From Microbacterium sp. (GTDB lineage: Bacteria; Actinomycetota; Actinomycetes; Actinomycetales; Microbacteriaceae), in assembly GCF_044508325.1 (NCBI RefSeq), contig NZ_JBIQHX010000004.1, positions 68,199-132,198 of the forward strand: 64,000 nt of DNA. The letters are read 5' to 3'. The notes beneath the pieces are model-generated. The model did no database searches. It was not told the DNA's origin and was given only the letters and a program-made list of their open reading frames with translations. The position numbers were made by a program, and so were the translations under genes. This document shows positions 1 to 10,099 of this stretch, in pieces (within the stretch, counting starts at the first letter, position 1; each line of letters starts with the position of its first letter).

Positions 1-416
1 CGTGCGGCCGCCACCTGCGCGAGAGCCTTGTCCGCGGCGGCGGAGATGCGGTCGGAGGTGTGCGAGATCTCGCGCGGGAGCAGATCGGCCGAGAGCAGGG
101 TGCGGTACTCCTCGAAGAGGGCGTCGCGGGTGTGCTGGGTCGACATGCGGGCCCGGCGCAGCGACGGCGGGGCGTCGCCCCCGTACAGGGCGCCGGACAG
201 ACCCACCTCGAGCTCGAGATCGTCGACGGCGTCGTCGAGGGCCACCAGCTTGGCCCCGGCTACCTGGCGTCGCGCATCGGCGGCGGAGCGCGCCTTCGGT
301 CCGCGCGCGGCGCGCCGCAGCCCCCAGATCAGCGCCGCGACGGCGATGGCGGTGACACCGAACACGACCGCGGCCGGGATCGCCCAGCCGAGGATCGCGG
401 CGACCGCCTCAGGCAT
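1..416 (-). CDS. Membrane-anchored hypothetical protein (3' end runs off the window)
   Basis: Not in the ORF track because it has no stop in the window. Manual translation from ATG at 416: MPEAVAAILGWAIPAAVVFGVTAIAVAALIWGLRRAARGPKARSAADARRQVAGAKLVALDDAVDDLELEVG. N-terminal TM helix followed by a helical region; the start overlaps the stop of the HAD gene. Confidence 0.75.
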   Translation of the reverse strand, partial: MPEAVAAILGWAIPAAVVFGVTAIAVAALIWGLRRAARGPKARSAADARRQVAGAKLVALDDAVDDLELEVGLSGALYGGDAPPSLRRARMSTQHTRDALFEEYRTLLSADLLPREISHTSDRISAAADKALAQVAAA

Positions 417-1092
417 CCAGCCCCTCCCGCAGGAGCAGGGCGCGCAGCTGGTCGACGTCGTCGACGGATGCCTGCGCCCCCTCGGCCTCGTGCGGCCAGC
501 TGAACCCCCATCGCACGAAGATGACGGGCACGCCGTGCACGGCGCCGCCGTCGATGTCGTGGTGGCGATCGCCGACGAGCACGGCGCGGTCGACCGGGGC
601 CCCGGCCGCCTCGAGCCGGCGCAGCGCCTCCCCCACGACCTCGGCCTTCGAGCTGCGGGTGCTCTCGTCGGCCGCGGCCCCCACCACCGCGCTGAAGTAC
701 GGCGTCAGGTCGAAGTGGTCCAGGAGCGCCTCGACCTGCACCTCGGGCTTCGAGCTCGCGATCGACTGCGGCACCCCGGCGGCGTGCAGCTCGTGCAGCA
801 GCTCGGCCATGCCCGGCATCAGCCGCACGTCGGTGGTGTACCCGTCCTTCAGGGCGAGCTCGCGGTAGTAGATCAGCGCCTCGGCCGCCTCGGCGGGGCT
901 CATGCCCAGCTGCACCTGGAACGACTCGAACATCGGCGGCCCGATCCAGTGCGCCAGCTCGGCGCGGGTGATCTCGGGGCGCCCGAAGCGCTGCAGCGTG
1001 ATGCCGAGCCGGCGCAGGATGCCGTCCGAGGCATCCACGAGCGTGCCGTCCAGGTCCCACAGGACGCATGAGAACGGTGAGCGCAGCGCCAT
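409..1092 (-). CDS. HAD-family hydrolase (phosphoglycolate phosphatase-like)
   Basis: Motif I LWDLDGTLVD, motif II ASSK, motif IV GDRHHD. Confidence 0.9.
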   Translation of the reverse strand: MALRSPFSCVLWDLDGTLVDASDGILRRLGITLQRFGRPEITRAELAHWIGPPMFESFQVQLGMSPAEAAEALIYYRELALKDGYTTDVRLMPGMAELLHELHAAGVPQSIASSKPEVQVEALLDHFDLTPYFSAVVGAAADESTRSSKAEVVGEALRRLEAAGAPVDRAVLVGDRHHDIDGGAVHGVPVIFVRWGFSWPHEAEGAQASVDDVDQLRALLLREGLDA

Positions 1093-1124
1093 GTCACCAC
1101 CTTATGGGGCAGTGCGGCCGCTGT

Positions 1125-1820
1125 TCAGAAAAGGCGCGGGGCGCCGGATTCCACGCCCTTCATCTGGTCGTAGTCGAGCGTGACGCAGCGGATGCCGCGG
1201 TCGGTCGCCAGCACGCGCGCCTGGGGCTTGATCTCCTGAGCGGCGAACACGCCGGTCACCGGGGCGAGGTGCGGATCGCGGCCGAGCAGCTCGAGGTAGC
1301 GGGTCAGCTGCTCGACGCCGTCGATGTCGCCGCGGCGCTTTACCTCGACCGCGACGGTGCCGCCGGCCGGGTCGCGCAGCAGCAGGTCGACCGGCCCGAT
1401 CGCGGTCGGGAACTCACGGCGCACGAGGGTGAGTCCCTCGCCGACGAGGTCGACCTGCTCGGCGAGCAGGCGCTGCAGGTCGGACTCGACACCGTCCTTC
1501 TGCAGCCCCGGGTCCACGCCCAGCTCGTGCGAGGTGTCGTGCACGATCTCGTGGATGCGCACCAGCAGCGCATCGCCCGTCTTGGTGTGGGTGACCCGCC
1601 ACACCTCGACGACTCCCGATTCGGATGCCTCGGCATCCGGCTCCTCGACCGTCAGCACGCACGGCGGGCTCATCCAGTTGAGCGGCTTGTAGCTGCCCCC
1701 GTCGGAGTGGACGAGGAGGCTGCCGTCACCCTTGTGGACCAGCAGGCGGGTGGCCAGCGGCAGGTGCGCGTTGAGCCGGCCGGAGTAGTCCACCGAGCAG
1801 CGGGCGATCACGAGGCGCAC
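1125..1820 (-). CDS. nucS: Mismatch-specific endonuclease NucS/EndoMS
   Basis: [22 protein letters not shown]-terminus, [23 protein letters not shown] nuclease motif. GTG start 6 nt after TAGGCT. Confidence 0.95.
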   Translation of the reverse strand: MRLVIARCSVDYSGRLNAHLPLATRLLVHKGDGSLLVHSDGGSYKPLNWMSPPCVLTVEEPDAEASESGVVEVWRVTHTKTGDALLVRIHEIVHDTSHELGVDPGLQKDGVESDLQRLLAEQVDLVGEGLTLVRREFPTAIGPVDLLLRDPAGGTVAVEVKRRGDIDGVEQLTRYLELLGRDPHLAPVTGVFAAQEIKPQARVLATDRGIRCVTLDYDQMKGVESGAPRLF

Positions 1821-1863
1821 CCGACGAGCCTACCCGGGGCGTCGGGGGTGGGAGGATCGAGGG

Positions 1864-3258
1864 ATGGCGGAGCGCGGGGCGGGCGGGGCGGCGCGGCGAC
1901 GCGCCAGCCTCACCATCACCGCGCTCACGGTCGGCACCGCGCTGAACCCGCTGAACTCGTCGATGATCGCCGTTGCGCTGCTGTCGCTGCAGAGCGACTT
2001 CGGTCTCGATCTGGCCACGGTGACCTGGGTCATCACCGTCTTCTACATCGCCGCGATCATCGGCCAGCCGCTGATGGGGCGCATCATCGACGCCCTGGGG
2101 GCGCGCCGCATCTTCCTGGTCGGCATGGTCGTGGTGGCGATCGCCGCGGTGCTCGCGCCGCTCGGCGGCTCGTTCGTGCTGGTGTGCGTCTCGCGGGTGC
2201 TGCTCGCGATCGGCACATCGGTCGCGTTCCCTGCCGCCGTCGCGCTGGTCGGCCAGCTCTCGGCGGCCGGAGGCATCCCGGTCCCGCGGCTGCTGGCCCG
2301 CATCCAGGTGACCAACACCGCGGGCGCCGCGGTGGGGCCCGTGCTGGGCGGGGTGCTCGTGCTGCTGGCGGGATGGCAGGCGGTGTTCCTCGTGAACGTC
2401 CCGCTCGCGGTGGTGGCGTTCGCGGGAGTCGCCGTGCTCGCTCCGCGCGATTCCCCGCGCGAAGGGGTGTCGCCGGGGCGGCTGTTCGTCAACCTCGATC
2501 CGGCGGGCGTGCTGGCATTCGCCGTGGGGATGTCGGCGCTCGTGGTGTTCGCCCTCGACACCTCCGCGGGCCTGGACTGGTGGCTCCTGGCGGTGGGCAT
2601 CGTCGTGCTCGCCCTGTTCGTCTGGCGGGAGTGGCGCGCGAAGCTGCCGTTCATCGATGTCCGGATGCTGGCGCGCAGCGCGACCCTGCGCACGGTGTAT
2701 CTGGCCTTCACGCTGTTCAGCGCCCTGTTCTACCTCGCGTTCTTCGGGCTGCCGCAGCTGCTCGAGGACCGCGGCGGGTACTCCACGGCCATCGTGGGCG
2801 TGCTGATGCTGCCGCTGGCGGCGTTCACGGTCGTGCTCGCGCCGCTGGTCGCCCGGATCGTCGAGCGGCGCGGCGCACGGGCGGTGTTCATCGGCGGCGC
2901 GGTGATCCTCGTGCCCGCCGCGGCGAGCCTGGGGCTGGGGGTGGTGACCACCGACGCGATCTGGATGCTGGCAGCCGCCGCCGCCATGGGGATCCCGTAC
3001 TGCGTGATCGGGCTGGCGGCCACGCAGACCATGCAGCAGGCGGCCCCGGCCGGGCAGATCGGCGCGGCGTCGGGCCTGCTGCAGTCGACCCGCTACCTGG
3101 GGGCGATCATCGCGACGGTGGTGCTGGGGCAGGCCATCGGCACCGGCATCACGCCCGAGGGGTGGGCGGTGGTGGCCGTGGCGGCGACGGTGCTCGGGCT
3201 CGCCCATCTCGCTATCGTGGTGATCGGAACGCGGCGGATGCCGCGGACGGCGGAGTGA
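1864..3258 (+). CDS. MFS transporter (drug:H+ antiporter-like)
   Basis: About 12-14 hydrophobic segments, LNPLNSSMIAVAL, motif A GRIIDALGARR. Confidence 0.88.
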   Translation: MAERGAGGAARRRASLTITALTVGTALNPLNSSMIAVALLSLQSDFGLDLATVTWVITVFYIAAIIGQPLMGRIIDALGARRIFLVGMVVVAIAAVLAPLGGSFVLVCVSRVLLAIGTSVAFPAAVALVGQLSAAGGIPVPRLLARIQVTNTAGAAVGPVLGGVLVLLAGWQAVFLVNVPLAVVAFAGVAVLAPRDSPREGVSPGRLFVNLDPAGVLAFAVGMSALVVFALDTSAGLDWWLLAVGIVVLALFVWREWRAKLPFIDVRMLARSATLRTVYLAFTLFSALFYLAFFGLPQLLEDRGGYSTAIVGVLMLPLAAFTVVLAPLVARIVERRGARAVFIGGAVILVPAAASLGLGVVTTDAIWMLAAAAAMGIPYCVIGLAATQTMQQAAPAGQIGAASGLLQSTRYLGAIIATVVLGQAIGTGITPEGWAVVAVAATVLGLAHLAIVVIGTRRMPRTAE

Positions 3259-3548
3259 TGGACGCACTGGGATGGTTCGTCGCCGCCATCGTGGCGGCGA
3301 CCGTCGTGCTGCCCTTCGTGTGCATCGTCGGGTTCGTGTCCGCGCGGCGCAGGGCGCGGCGCGGCGCGGCGCCTTCGGGAGCCGCCGTGCTGGGCGGCGC
3401 GTTCGACGAGTTCTTCCACCCGTCCGCCGCCGACGCCCGCCTGATCATCGAGGAGCAGCGGCGCGCGCGGGTCGCCGTCCCGGCACCCGGCGATCCCCCC
3501 GGCGAGGTCTTCGACGGCCGAGTGGTGATCGAGGTCCCCGAGCCCTGA
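3258..3548 (+). CDS. Small membrane-anchored hypothetical protein
   Basis: ATG overlaps the MFS TGA (TGATG). MDALGWFVAAIVAATVVLPFVCIVGF TM helix, then GGAFDEFFHPSA...PAPGDP; C-terminal part of track ORF 1068..3548. Confidence 0.7.
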   Translation: MDALGWFVAAIVAATVVLPFVCIVGFVSARRRARRGAAPSGAAVLGGAFDEFFHPSAADARLIIEEQRRARVAVPAPGDPPGEVFDGRVVIEVPEP

Positions 3549-3575
3549 CCTTCCCGCCGGGCGACACCGGGCGCA

Positions 3576-3630
3576 CTGTGACGAAATGTGTACCCGGATG
3601 ACGCTGTGTGCAGCCGTGTGTCGGCGTGTG
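3576..3630. repeat. 10-bp-phased TGTG motif array upstream of osmC
   Basis: Consecutive decamers 3571-3630 end in CTGTG, ATGTG, GGATG, GTGTG, GTGTG, GTGTG. Confidence 0.55.
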
Positions 3631-3675
3631 TCCGCGGCGGTGCGTCCGGCTGCTGCTGCTGGCTACCTTCGCGGC

Positions 3676-4272
3676 ATGACCAGCACAAACGACACCATCG
3701 CCACCCCCGACACCGCCCTCGACCCCCAGCTCGACGCCGAGCTCGACGCCGCCGCGGAGCGCGCCCAGCGCCTCGCGGCCGCGGGAGCCGCGTGGAGCGA
3801 GCGCATCGACGCCGACCGGTCGGTCGCGCAGCTCACCTACCGGGTTCGCGGGGTGGGTCAAGGGGCGGTGGCGACCCGCGTCACTGCGGGCAGCCACGAG
3901 TTCGTCGTCGACGAGCCGGCAGCCCTCGCCGGTGACGACGTCGCCGCGAGCCCGGTCGAGTACGCGCTCGGCGCCCTGATCTCATGTCAGGTCGTGGTGT
4001 ACCGGCTCTACGCGGAGGCCCTCGGCATCCCCTTCGACGAGATCAGCATCACCGCCGAGGGCGACCTCGACGCGGCGCGGCTGTTCGGCAAGGACGACAC
4101 GGTGCGCGCCGGATTCAGCGACGTCCGTCTCGCGGTCGAGGTGACCGGGGGCGAGGCGCAGGAGCGCTATGAAGAGCTGCTCGAGGTCGTCGAGCGGCAC
4201 TGCCCGGTGCTCGACCTGTTCGCCAACCCGACTCCGGTGACCGCGACGCTCACGACGAGGCAGCCCGCCTAG
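3676..4272 (+). CDS. OsmC/Ohr family protein
   Basis: FVVDEP..LAGDD.AASPVEYALGALISC and a second Cys in RHCPV. ATG 6 nt after TACCTT. Confidence 0.88.
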   Translation: MTSTNDTIATPDTALDPQLDAELDAAAERAQRLAAAGAAWSERIDADRSVAQLTYRVRGVGQGAVATRVTAGSHEFVVDEPAALAGDDVAASPVEYALGALISCQVVVYRLYAEALGIPFDEISITAEGDLDAARLFGKDDTVRAGFSDVRLAVEVTGGEAQERYEELLEVVERHCPVLDLFANPTPVTATLTTRQPA

Positions 4273-5510
4273 TCCTCGAGGTCGGCGCGGACATGGCCCG
4301 CCCCGACCTTCGAGCCGGCGATCGGCCTTGCCGCGCCGGAGGCGAACCCGGACAGCGCGGTGAGTCCGACGATGATCCACAGGGTGCTCAGGATGCCGAC
4401 CTGGTGGCTGATCCAGCCCAGCACCGGGGGACCGAGCAGGAACGCGAGATAGCCGATCGTCGCCGCAGCCGACACCGAGGCGGCCGCCTTCGTCGGGTCG
4501 TCGGCGGCCGCCGACATCCCCACCGGGAATCCGAGCGAGGCGCCCGCGCCCCACAGCGCCACCCCGACGAACGCGAGCGGCATGTTCGGGGCCAGGATGA
4601 ACAGCACCAGGCCGGCCCCGGCGGTCACGGCGAGCACCCGCAGCGTCCACACCCGTCCCATGCGGTCGACCAGCGGCCCGCCGAGGATGCGGAACACCGT
4701 CATCGCCACCGAGAAGACGGTGAGCGCGATCGCGCCCATCGCCTCGGTCTGGGCGTGCCCGTCGACCACGGCGATCGCGAGCCAGTCGTTCGCGCTTCCC
4801 TCCGCGAACGCCATGCCCAGCATGATCGCGCCGAGCGCGTAGGTGCGCGGATCGCGCCACACGGCCACCACCTCGGCGAAGCGCTGGCGGCGCGTCGGGG
4901 CCGGCGCCTGGTCGTCGTAGGCGATCTCACGGTCCGGCACGAAGACGAGCGAGACGAAGCCGACCGCCACCACCACCAGGCCCGCCGCCGACAGGTGCCA
5001 GCCGAGCCCGACCCCCCACGCGGTCATCGCGACGCCCACGCCGGCCCCGGCGACCGTGCCGATGCTGAAGAACGCGTGGAACAGCGGCATGAGCGTCTTG
5101 CCGAACGAGCGCTCGACCGCCGCCGCCTCCACGTTCATCAGCACATCGGTCGAACTCATGCCGAGGCCGAACAGCACGAGGCCGGCCGCCGTCAGCGCGA
5201 ACGATTCCGCGAGCTGGGTGCCGAGTCCGATGACCACCAGCGCCGCTCCGATGACCGAGAACGTCAAGATCATGCCGCGGCGTGCGCCCCAGCGCGCGAC
5301 GATGACGTTGGCCAGCGACAGGCCGACGATGGCGGCCGCCCCCGCCACGAACAGCAGCACGCCGATCCCGAAGTCGTCCACGTCCAGGGCGGTCTTCACC
5401 GCCGGCAGCCGCGAGGCCCACGAGACCAGTGCGATCCCGTTCGCCAGGAAGATCGCGAAGATCGCGGTGCGCCAGCGGACGAGCTGCGCGCGGGTGAGCA
5501 CGGGATCCAT
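4269..5510 (-). CDS. MFS transporter (sugar/fucose permease-like)
   Basis: 12 TM pattern, WASRLPAVK, MNVEAAAVERSFGKTLMPLFHAFFS, EGSANDW. Confidence 0.88.
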   Translation of the reverse strand: MDPVLTRAQLVRWRTAIFAIFLANGIALVSWASRLPAVKTALDVDDFGIGVLLFVAGAAAIVGLSLANVIVARWGARRGMILTFSVIGAALVVIGLGTQLAESFALTAAGLVLFGLGMSSTDVLMNVEAAAVERSFGKTLMPLFHAFFSIGTVAGAGVGVAMTAWGVGLGWHLSAAGLVVVAVGFVSLVFVPDREIAYDDQAPAPTRRQRFAEVVAVWRDPRTYALGAIMLGMAFAEGSANDWLAIAVVDGHAQTEAMGAIALTVFSVAMTVFRILGGPLVDRMGRVWTLRVLAVTAGAGLVLFILAPNMPLAFVGVALWGAGASLGFPVGMSAAADDPTKAAASVSAAATIGYLAFLLGPPVLGWISHQVGILSTLWIIVGLTALSGFASGAARPIAGSKVGAGHVRADLED

Positions 5511-5522
5511 GGCGGCGAGTCT

Positions 5523-5538
5523 ATCGAATCGATTCGAT
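5523..5538. promoter_or_regulatory. Putative LacI-family operator
   Basis: Perfect 16-bp palindrome ATCGAATCGATTCGAT between the divergent MFS and LacI genes. Confidence 0.7.
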
Positions 5539-5581
5539 CGCTGTCACCGTGCGGGCTACCATCAGGGAGGAGGAGGTGCCG

Positions 5582-6568
5582 ATGACCCGCAGGCCGACGC
5601 TCGCCGACGTCGCCGCGGCGGCGGGCGTGTCGCCGTCGACGGCATCCGTGGTCTTCAGCAGGAAGGCGCCGGTGGCGGATGCCACGCGCGCCCGCGTGCT
5701 CGTGGCGGCGGCCGAGCTCGGCTACACCGGGCCGGACCCGTTCGCAGCCTCGCTGCGCACGGGCCGCAGCGGCATCGTCGGGGTCGTGCTCGAGGAGCAT
5801 CTCGGCGTCGCCTTCCTCGATCCGGTCATGACGCTCACGATGGACGGGCTCGCCGACGCGGTCGCGCCGCTGGGCGCAGGGCTGCTGCTCCTGCCGCGCG
5901 GCAGCGGACTGGCCACGGCGCCCATCGACGCCGCCGTGCTCATCGGGGTGGGCGAGGCGACGCGCGGCTCGGTCGAGACGCTGCGGGCGCGCGGCATCCC
6001 TCTCGTCGCCATCGAGGGCGACGCGGGAGAGGGCGTCCCCCGCATCGAGCTCGACAACCGCGATGCCCAGCGCCGCGCCGCCGAGCACCTCCGCGATCTC
6101 GGCCATGCGCACGTGGCGATCGTGACCCTTCCGCCGCACCTCGATCTCACCCGAGACCGACTCGCAGGCGCCCGTGAGGTCTACCCCGACGCCCCCGTCC
6201 ACGCGGCCGGCGGCAGCCTCATCGACGAGGGCCTGGCCGCCGGCCGCGCGATCCTGGCCGATCCGCGCGATCGCCCGACCGCGGTCATCGCGCAGAGCGA
6301 CCTGCTGGCGGCGGGCGTCATCCGCGCGGCCGAGGAGCGCGGTCTGCGGGTGCCCGCCGACCTCAGCGTCACCGGGTTCGACGGCATCACCGTCGACGGC
6401 CTCGCACCCTACGAGCTCACCACCCTCGTGCAGCCCGCTGCCGAGAAGGGCAGGGCGGCGGGGGCGGCAGTGGCGGCGCTGCTGGAGGGGAGGGATGCCG
6501 CGGGCATCCGCTTCACCTGCGCCTTCCGGGCCGGTGGCACGACCGCGCCGCCGGCGGCGCGCCGGTAG
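5582..6568 (+). CDS. LacI-family transcriptional regulator
   Basis: PTLADVAAAAGVSPSTAS HTH, SVTGFDG; GGAGG RBS upstream. Confidence 0.93.
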   Translation: MTRRPTLADVAAAAGVSPSTASVVFSRKAPVADATRARVLVAAAELGYTGPDPFAASLRTGRSGIVGVVLEEHLGVAFLDPVMTLTMDGLADAVAPLGAGLLLLPRGSGLATAPIDAAVLIGVGEATRGSVETLRARGIPLVAIEGDAGEGVPRIELDNRDAQRRAAEHLRDLGHAHVAIVTLPPHLDLTRDRLAGAREVYPDAPVHAAGGSLIDEGLAAGRAILADPRDRPTAVIAQSDLLAAGVIRAAEERGLRVPADLSVTGFDGITVDGLAPYELTTLVQPAAEKGRAAGAAVAALLEGRDAAGIRFTCAFRAGGTTAPPAARR

Positions 6569-6629
6569 ACTTCACCCGTACCCGCCGCCCGCCGCCACGC
6601 CAGGCCGTCGAGCCCCTGAGGAGCCGCCG

Positions 6630-9566
6630 ATGCTGATCCTCCTCGCGGCGTTCGCGGGGGTTCCGCTCGTTCTTCCGTGGCTCGTCCACCGCATCGGCAC
6701 GCGGGCTTTCCACGTCGCGGCGGCGCTGTCGGCCATCGCCTTCGTCCACACGCTCGTGCTCACGCCCGCCGTGCTCAGCGGCGCGACGCCGTTCGAGACG
6801 TTCGCGTGGATCCCGGAGCTGGGCATCGAGCTGTCCATGCGCATGGACACCCTCTCGTGGCTGCTGACCCTCATCGTCACCGGTGTCGGCGCGCTGGTGA
6901 TGCTGTACTGCCGGTGGTACTTCCACCGCAAGGACGAGGGCCTGGGCCAGTTCTCGGCCGTGCTGCTCGCCTTCGCCGGGGCGATGTACGGGCTCGTGCT
7001 CACCGATGACCTCGTCGTGCTGGTGATGTTCTGGGAGGTCACGAGCATCCTCTCGTACCTGCTCATCGGCTATTACCATCGCCGCGGGGCGAGCCGGCGT
7101 GCCGCGCTGCAGGCGCTGCTGGTGACCACGATCGGCGGGCTGGTCATGCTCATCGGGGTCGTGCTCCTGGTCGTCGAAGCCGGCACCTCGAGCCTGTCCG
7201 GCATCCTCGCCCTGGCTCCGCAGGGGCCCGCCGTCGACACGGCGCTCGTCCTGATCCTCGTCGGGGCGCTGAGCAAATCGGCGATCTTCCCGTTCCACTT
7301 CTGGCTGCCCGGCGCGATGGCCGCGCCCACCCCGGTCAGCGCATACCTGCACGCGGCGGCGATGGTGAAGGCGGGCATCTACCTCATCGCGCGCTTCGCC
7401 CCGGTGTACGCGATCGCCGCGCCGTGGCGTCCGATCGTCATCTCGCTCGGGGTGTTCACGATGCTCCTGGGCGGCCTCCAGGCGATGCGCGAGTCCGACC
7501 TCAAGCGCCTCCTCGCGTTCGGGACGGTGAGCCAGCTCGGCTTCCTGACCGTGGTGCTCGGCTTCGGCACCCGTGACGCCGCCCTCGCCGGGCTCGCGCT
7601 GCTGCTCGGTCACGCGCTGTTCAAGTCGAGCCTGTTCCTCGTGGTGGGCGTCATCGACCGGCAGCTGTCCACCCGTGATCTCGGCGAGCTGTCGGGCCTG
7701 GGCCGTCAGGCACCCGCGCTCGCGACGTTCTCGATCATCGCCGTGGCCTGCATGGCCGGCATCATCCCGACGATCGGGTTCGTCGCCAAGGAGGGTGCGC
7801 TGGCGGCGCTGCTGCACGAGGCGGTGGGCGGCTCGCCGTGGGGCATCGTCGCGCTCATCGGCGTCCTCCTCGGGTCCGTGCTGACCGTGGCATACGGCCT
7901 GAGGTTCGTCTGGGGCGCGTTCTGGACGAAGAAGGATGCCTCGGGCGCACCGAAGCCGGTCACGGAGTGGCCCCGCCCCCCGCTCGGCTTCGTCTCGGCG
8001 CCGATCGTGCTGTCGGCGCTCACCGTGGCCGCCGGCTTCGCGGCCCCGGCGCTGGACGCCGCGTTCGCGCGGTACGCCGACACGGCGCCGGAGGCGACGC
8101 CCGGGGTTCCCGCACCGGCGCATCCGGCGCATCTGGCGCTGTGGCACGGGCTCGAGCCGGCGCTGTGGCTGTCGCTGGGCACCATCGCGCTCGGCTTCGC
8201 CGTGTTCGTCGGGGCGCTCGCGATCTCGTGGGCGAGGTGGCGCCGCGTGCTGCCGTTCACCGCGCCCGAGGCGTACAACCTCACGCTGCGCACCGTCGCG
8301 CGCATCGCGGTGACCGTCACCAGTCTCACCCAGCGCGGCTCGCTGCCGGTGTACGTCGGCACGATCTTCCTGGTCTTCGTGGCCGCCGAGGGCAGCGTCC
8401 TGCTCGCCGACCCGGACTGGCGCGCCCAGCTGGACGCGTGGCAGTCGCCGACGCAGCTGTTCGCCGCACCGCTCATGATCGTCGCGGGCCTCATCGCGGT
8501 GCGGGCGCGCAAGCGCTACACCGGCGTCGTGCTCGTCTCGGTGACGGGCCTCGGCATGGTGATGCTGTTCGCCACCAGCGGCGCCCCCGACCTCGCCCTC
8601 ACCCAGATCCTCATCGAGACGGTCACGATGGTGGCGTTCGCGCTCGTGCTGCGCCGGCTCCCGTCGCGCCTGGGCGAGCACAACGCATCGGTCGCGCCGG
8701 TCGCGCGTGCGGTGCTGGGGGCCGCCGTCGGACTCACCATGGCGATCGTGGTGATCATCGCCAGCGGCGCACGGGTGACCAGACCCATCTCCGAGGGCTT
8801 CCCGTCCCTCGCGTACGAACTCGGCCACGGCCGCAACGTCGTCAACGTGGCGCTGGTCGACCTGCGCGGCTGGGACACGATGGGCGAGCTGTCGGTGCTC
8901 ATCCTGGCGGCCACGGGCGTGGCATCCCTCGTGTTCGTCACCCACCGCGCCGACCTGCTCTCGTCGACGTCGGCGCTGCCGGACCTGCGCACCCGGCGTC
9001 CGCTGGTGGAGACCGCGGAGGGTCTGCGCCCGCAGACCGGAAGCACCGGCCGCCGTGCGTGGCTCGTGGGCGGCCAGCGGGTGCTTCCAGAGAACCGCTC
9101 GATCATGCTCGAGGTGATCGTGCGGGTGCTGTTCCACACGATCATCGTCGTGTCGCTGTACGTGCTGTTCGCCGGGCACAACCTGCCCGGCGGCGGGTTC
9201 GCGGGCGGACTCATCGCGGGGATGGCGCTGGTGATGCGCTACATCGCGGGCGGGCGATACGAGCTGGGCGCGGCGGCACCGACCGATGCCGGCTGGTTCC
9301 TGGGGACGGGGATGGCGGTGTCCATCCTGTGCGCGATCGTGCCGCTCGCCTTCGGCCAGGCGCCGCTGACGAGTTCGTTCTTCGAGATCGAGCTTCCGCT
9401 GCTGGGCCACCTCGAGTTCGTGACCTCGACGATCTTCGACATCGGCGTGTACCTCGTGGTGATCGGCCTCGTGCTCGATGTGCTGCGCAGCCTCGGCGCC
9501 GAGGTCGATCGTCAGATCCAGGCCCTCCGTCCCGCGCACGGGCGCGCCGGGGGGGTGCGCGCGTGA
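6630..9566 (+). CDS. mrpA: Na+/H+ antiporter subunit A (MrpA-MrpB fusion)
   Basis: FHFWLPGAMAAPTPVSAYLHAAAMVKAG; C-terminal MrpB domain NVVNVALVDLRGWDTMGE and GHNLPGGGFAGG. Confidence 0.95.
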   Translation: MLILLAAFAGVPLVLPWLVHRIGTRAFHVAAALSAIAFVHTLVLTPAVLSGATPFETFAWIPELGIELSMRMDTLSWLLTLIVTGVGALVMLYCRWYFHRKDEGLGQFSAVLLAFAGAMYGLVLTDDLVVLVMFWEVTSILSYLLIGYYHRRGASRRAALQALLVTTIGGLVMLIGVVLLVVEAGTSSLSGILALAPQGPAVDTALVLILVGALSKSAIFPFHFWLPGAMAAPTPVSAYLHAAAMVKAGIYLIARFAPVYAIAAPWRPIVISLGVFTMLLGGLQAMRESDLKRLLAFGTVSQLGFLTVVLGFGTRDAALAGLALLLGHALFKSSLFLVVGVIDRQLSTRDLGELSGLGRQAPALATFSIIAVACMAGIIPTIGFVAKEGALAALLHEAVGGSPWGIVALIGVLLGSVLTVAYGLRFVWGAFWTKKDASGAPKPVTEWPRPPLGFVSAPIVLSALTVAAGFAAPALDAAFARYADTAPEATPGVPAPAHPAHLALWHGLEPALWLSLGTIALGFAVFVGALAISWARWRRVLPFTAPEAYNLTLRTVARIAVTVTSLTQRGSLPVYVGTIFLVFVAAEGSVLLADPDWRAQLDAWQSPTQLFAAPLMIVAGLIAVRARKRYTGVVLVSVTGLGMVMLFATSGAPDLALTQILIETVTMVAFALVLRRLPSRLGEHNASVAPVARAVLGAAVGLTMAIVVIIASGARVTRPISEGFPSLAYELGHGRNVVNVALVDLRGWDTMGELSVLILAATGVASLVFVTHRADLLSSTSALPDLRTRRPLVETAEGLRPQTGSTGRRAWLVGGQRVLPENRSIMLEVIVRVLFHTIIVVSLYVLFAGHNLPGGGFAGGLIAGMALVMRYIAGGRYELGAAAPTDAGWFLGTGMAVSILCAIVPLAFGQAPLTSSFFEIELPLLGHLEFVTSTIFDIGVYLVVIGLVLDVLRSLGAEVDRQIQALRPAHGRAGGVRA

Positions 9567-10099
9567 CCGTCTCCGGAGTGCTCGTGGTCATCATGGCCGT
9601 GCTGTTCGCGTGCGGCGTGTATGCGATGCTCGAGCGCAGCCTCACCCGCGTGCTCATCGGCTTCCTCCTGCTGGGCAACGCCGCGAACCTGCTGCTGCTC
9701 ATCGTCATGGGCCAGCCGGGAGCGGCGCCGTTCTTCGGCGACGCCCAGCCCGACGAGATGACCGACCCGCTCCCCCAGGCGCTGACCCTCACCGCCATCG
9801 TGATCACGTTCGGCGTCTCCGCGTTCCTGCTGGCCCTCATCTACCGCTCGTGGCAGCTGGGTCAGGCCGACACCGTCACCGACGACGTCGAGGACATCGC
9901 GGTCCGCGAGCGCGGCGCCGACGAGGAGGACGAGCTCGACGAAGAGGTGGAGGTCGAGGACGAGGACGACGACGCCACCACCGACTTCGTGGGCCTGGAG
10001 ACCTCGCCCATCACGATCGTGAGCAGCCGCGAGGTGCCCGGCATCGACGACGAGGCGCCCATCGACCGGCCCGACCCCCGCCGAGGGGGTGACCGCTGA
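9563..10099 (+). CDS. mrpC: Na+/H+ antiporter subunit C with an acidic C-terminal tail
   Basis: DPLPQALTLTAIVITFG; GTGA overlap with mrpA. Confidence 0.92.
   Translation: MTVSGVLVVIMAVLFACGVYAMLERSLTRVLIGFLLLGNAANLLLLIVMGQPGAAPFFGDAQPDEMTDPLPQALTLTAIVITFGVSAFLLALIYRSWQLGQADTVTDDVEDIAVRERGADEEDELDEEVEVEDEDDDATTDFVGLETSPITIVSSREVPGIDDEAPIDRPDPRRGGDR

Noticed and set aside
1068-3548. Long shadow ORFs (e.g. 1068..3548+, 6513..9539-, 25293..28760+, 13244..15655+, 21533..23482+)
   Set aside because: They are antisense or off-frame to genes with clear family motifs, are Arg/Pro/Ala-rich low-complexity translations, and are expected in a high-GC genome with few stop codons.
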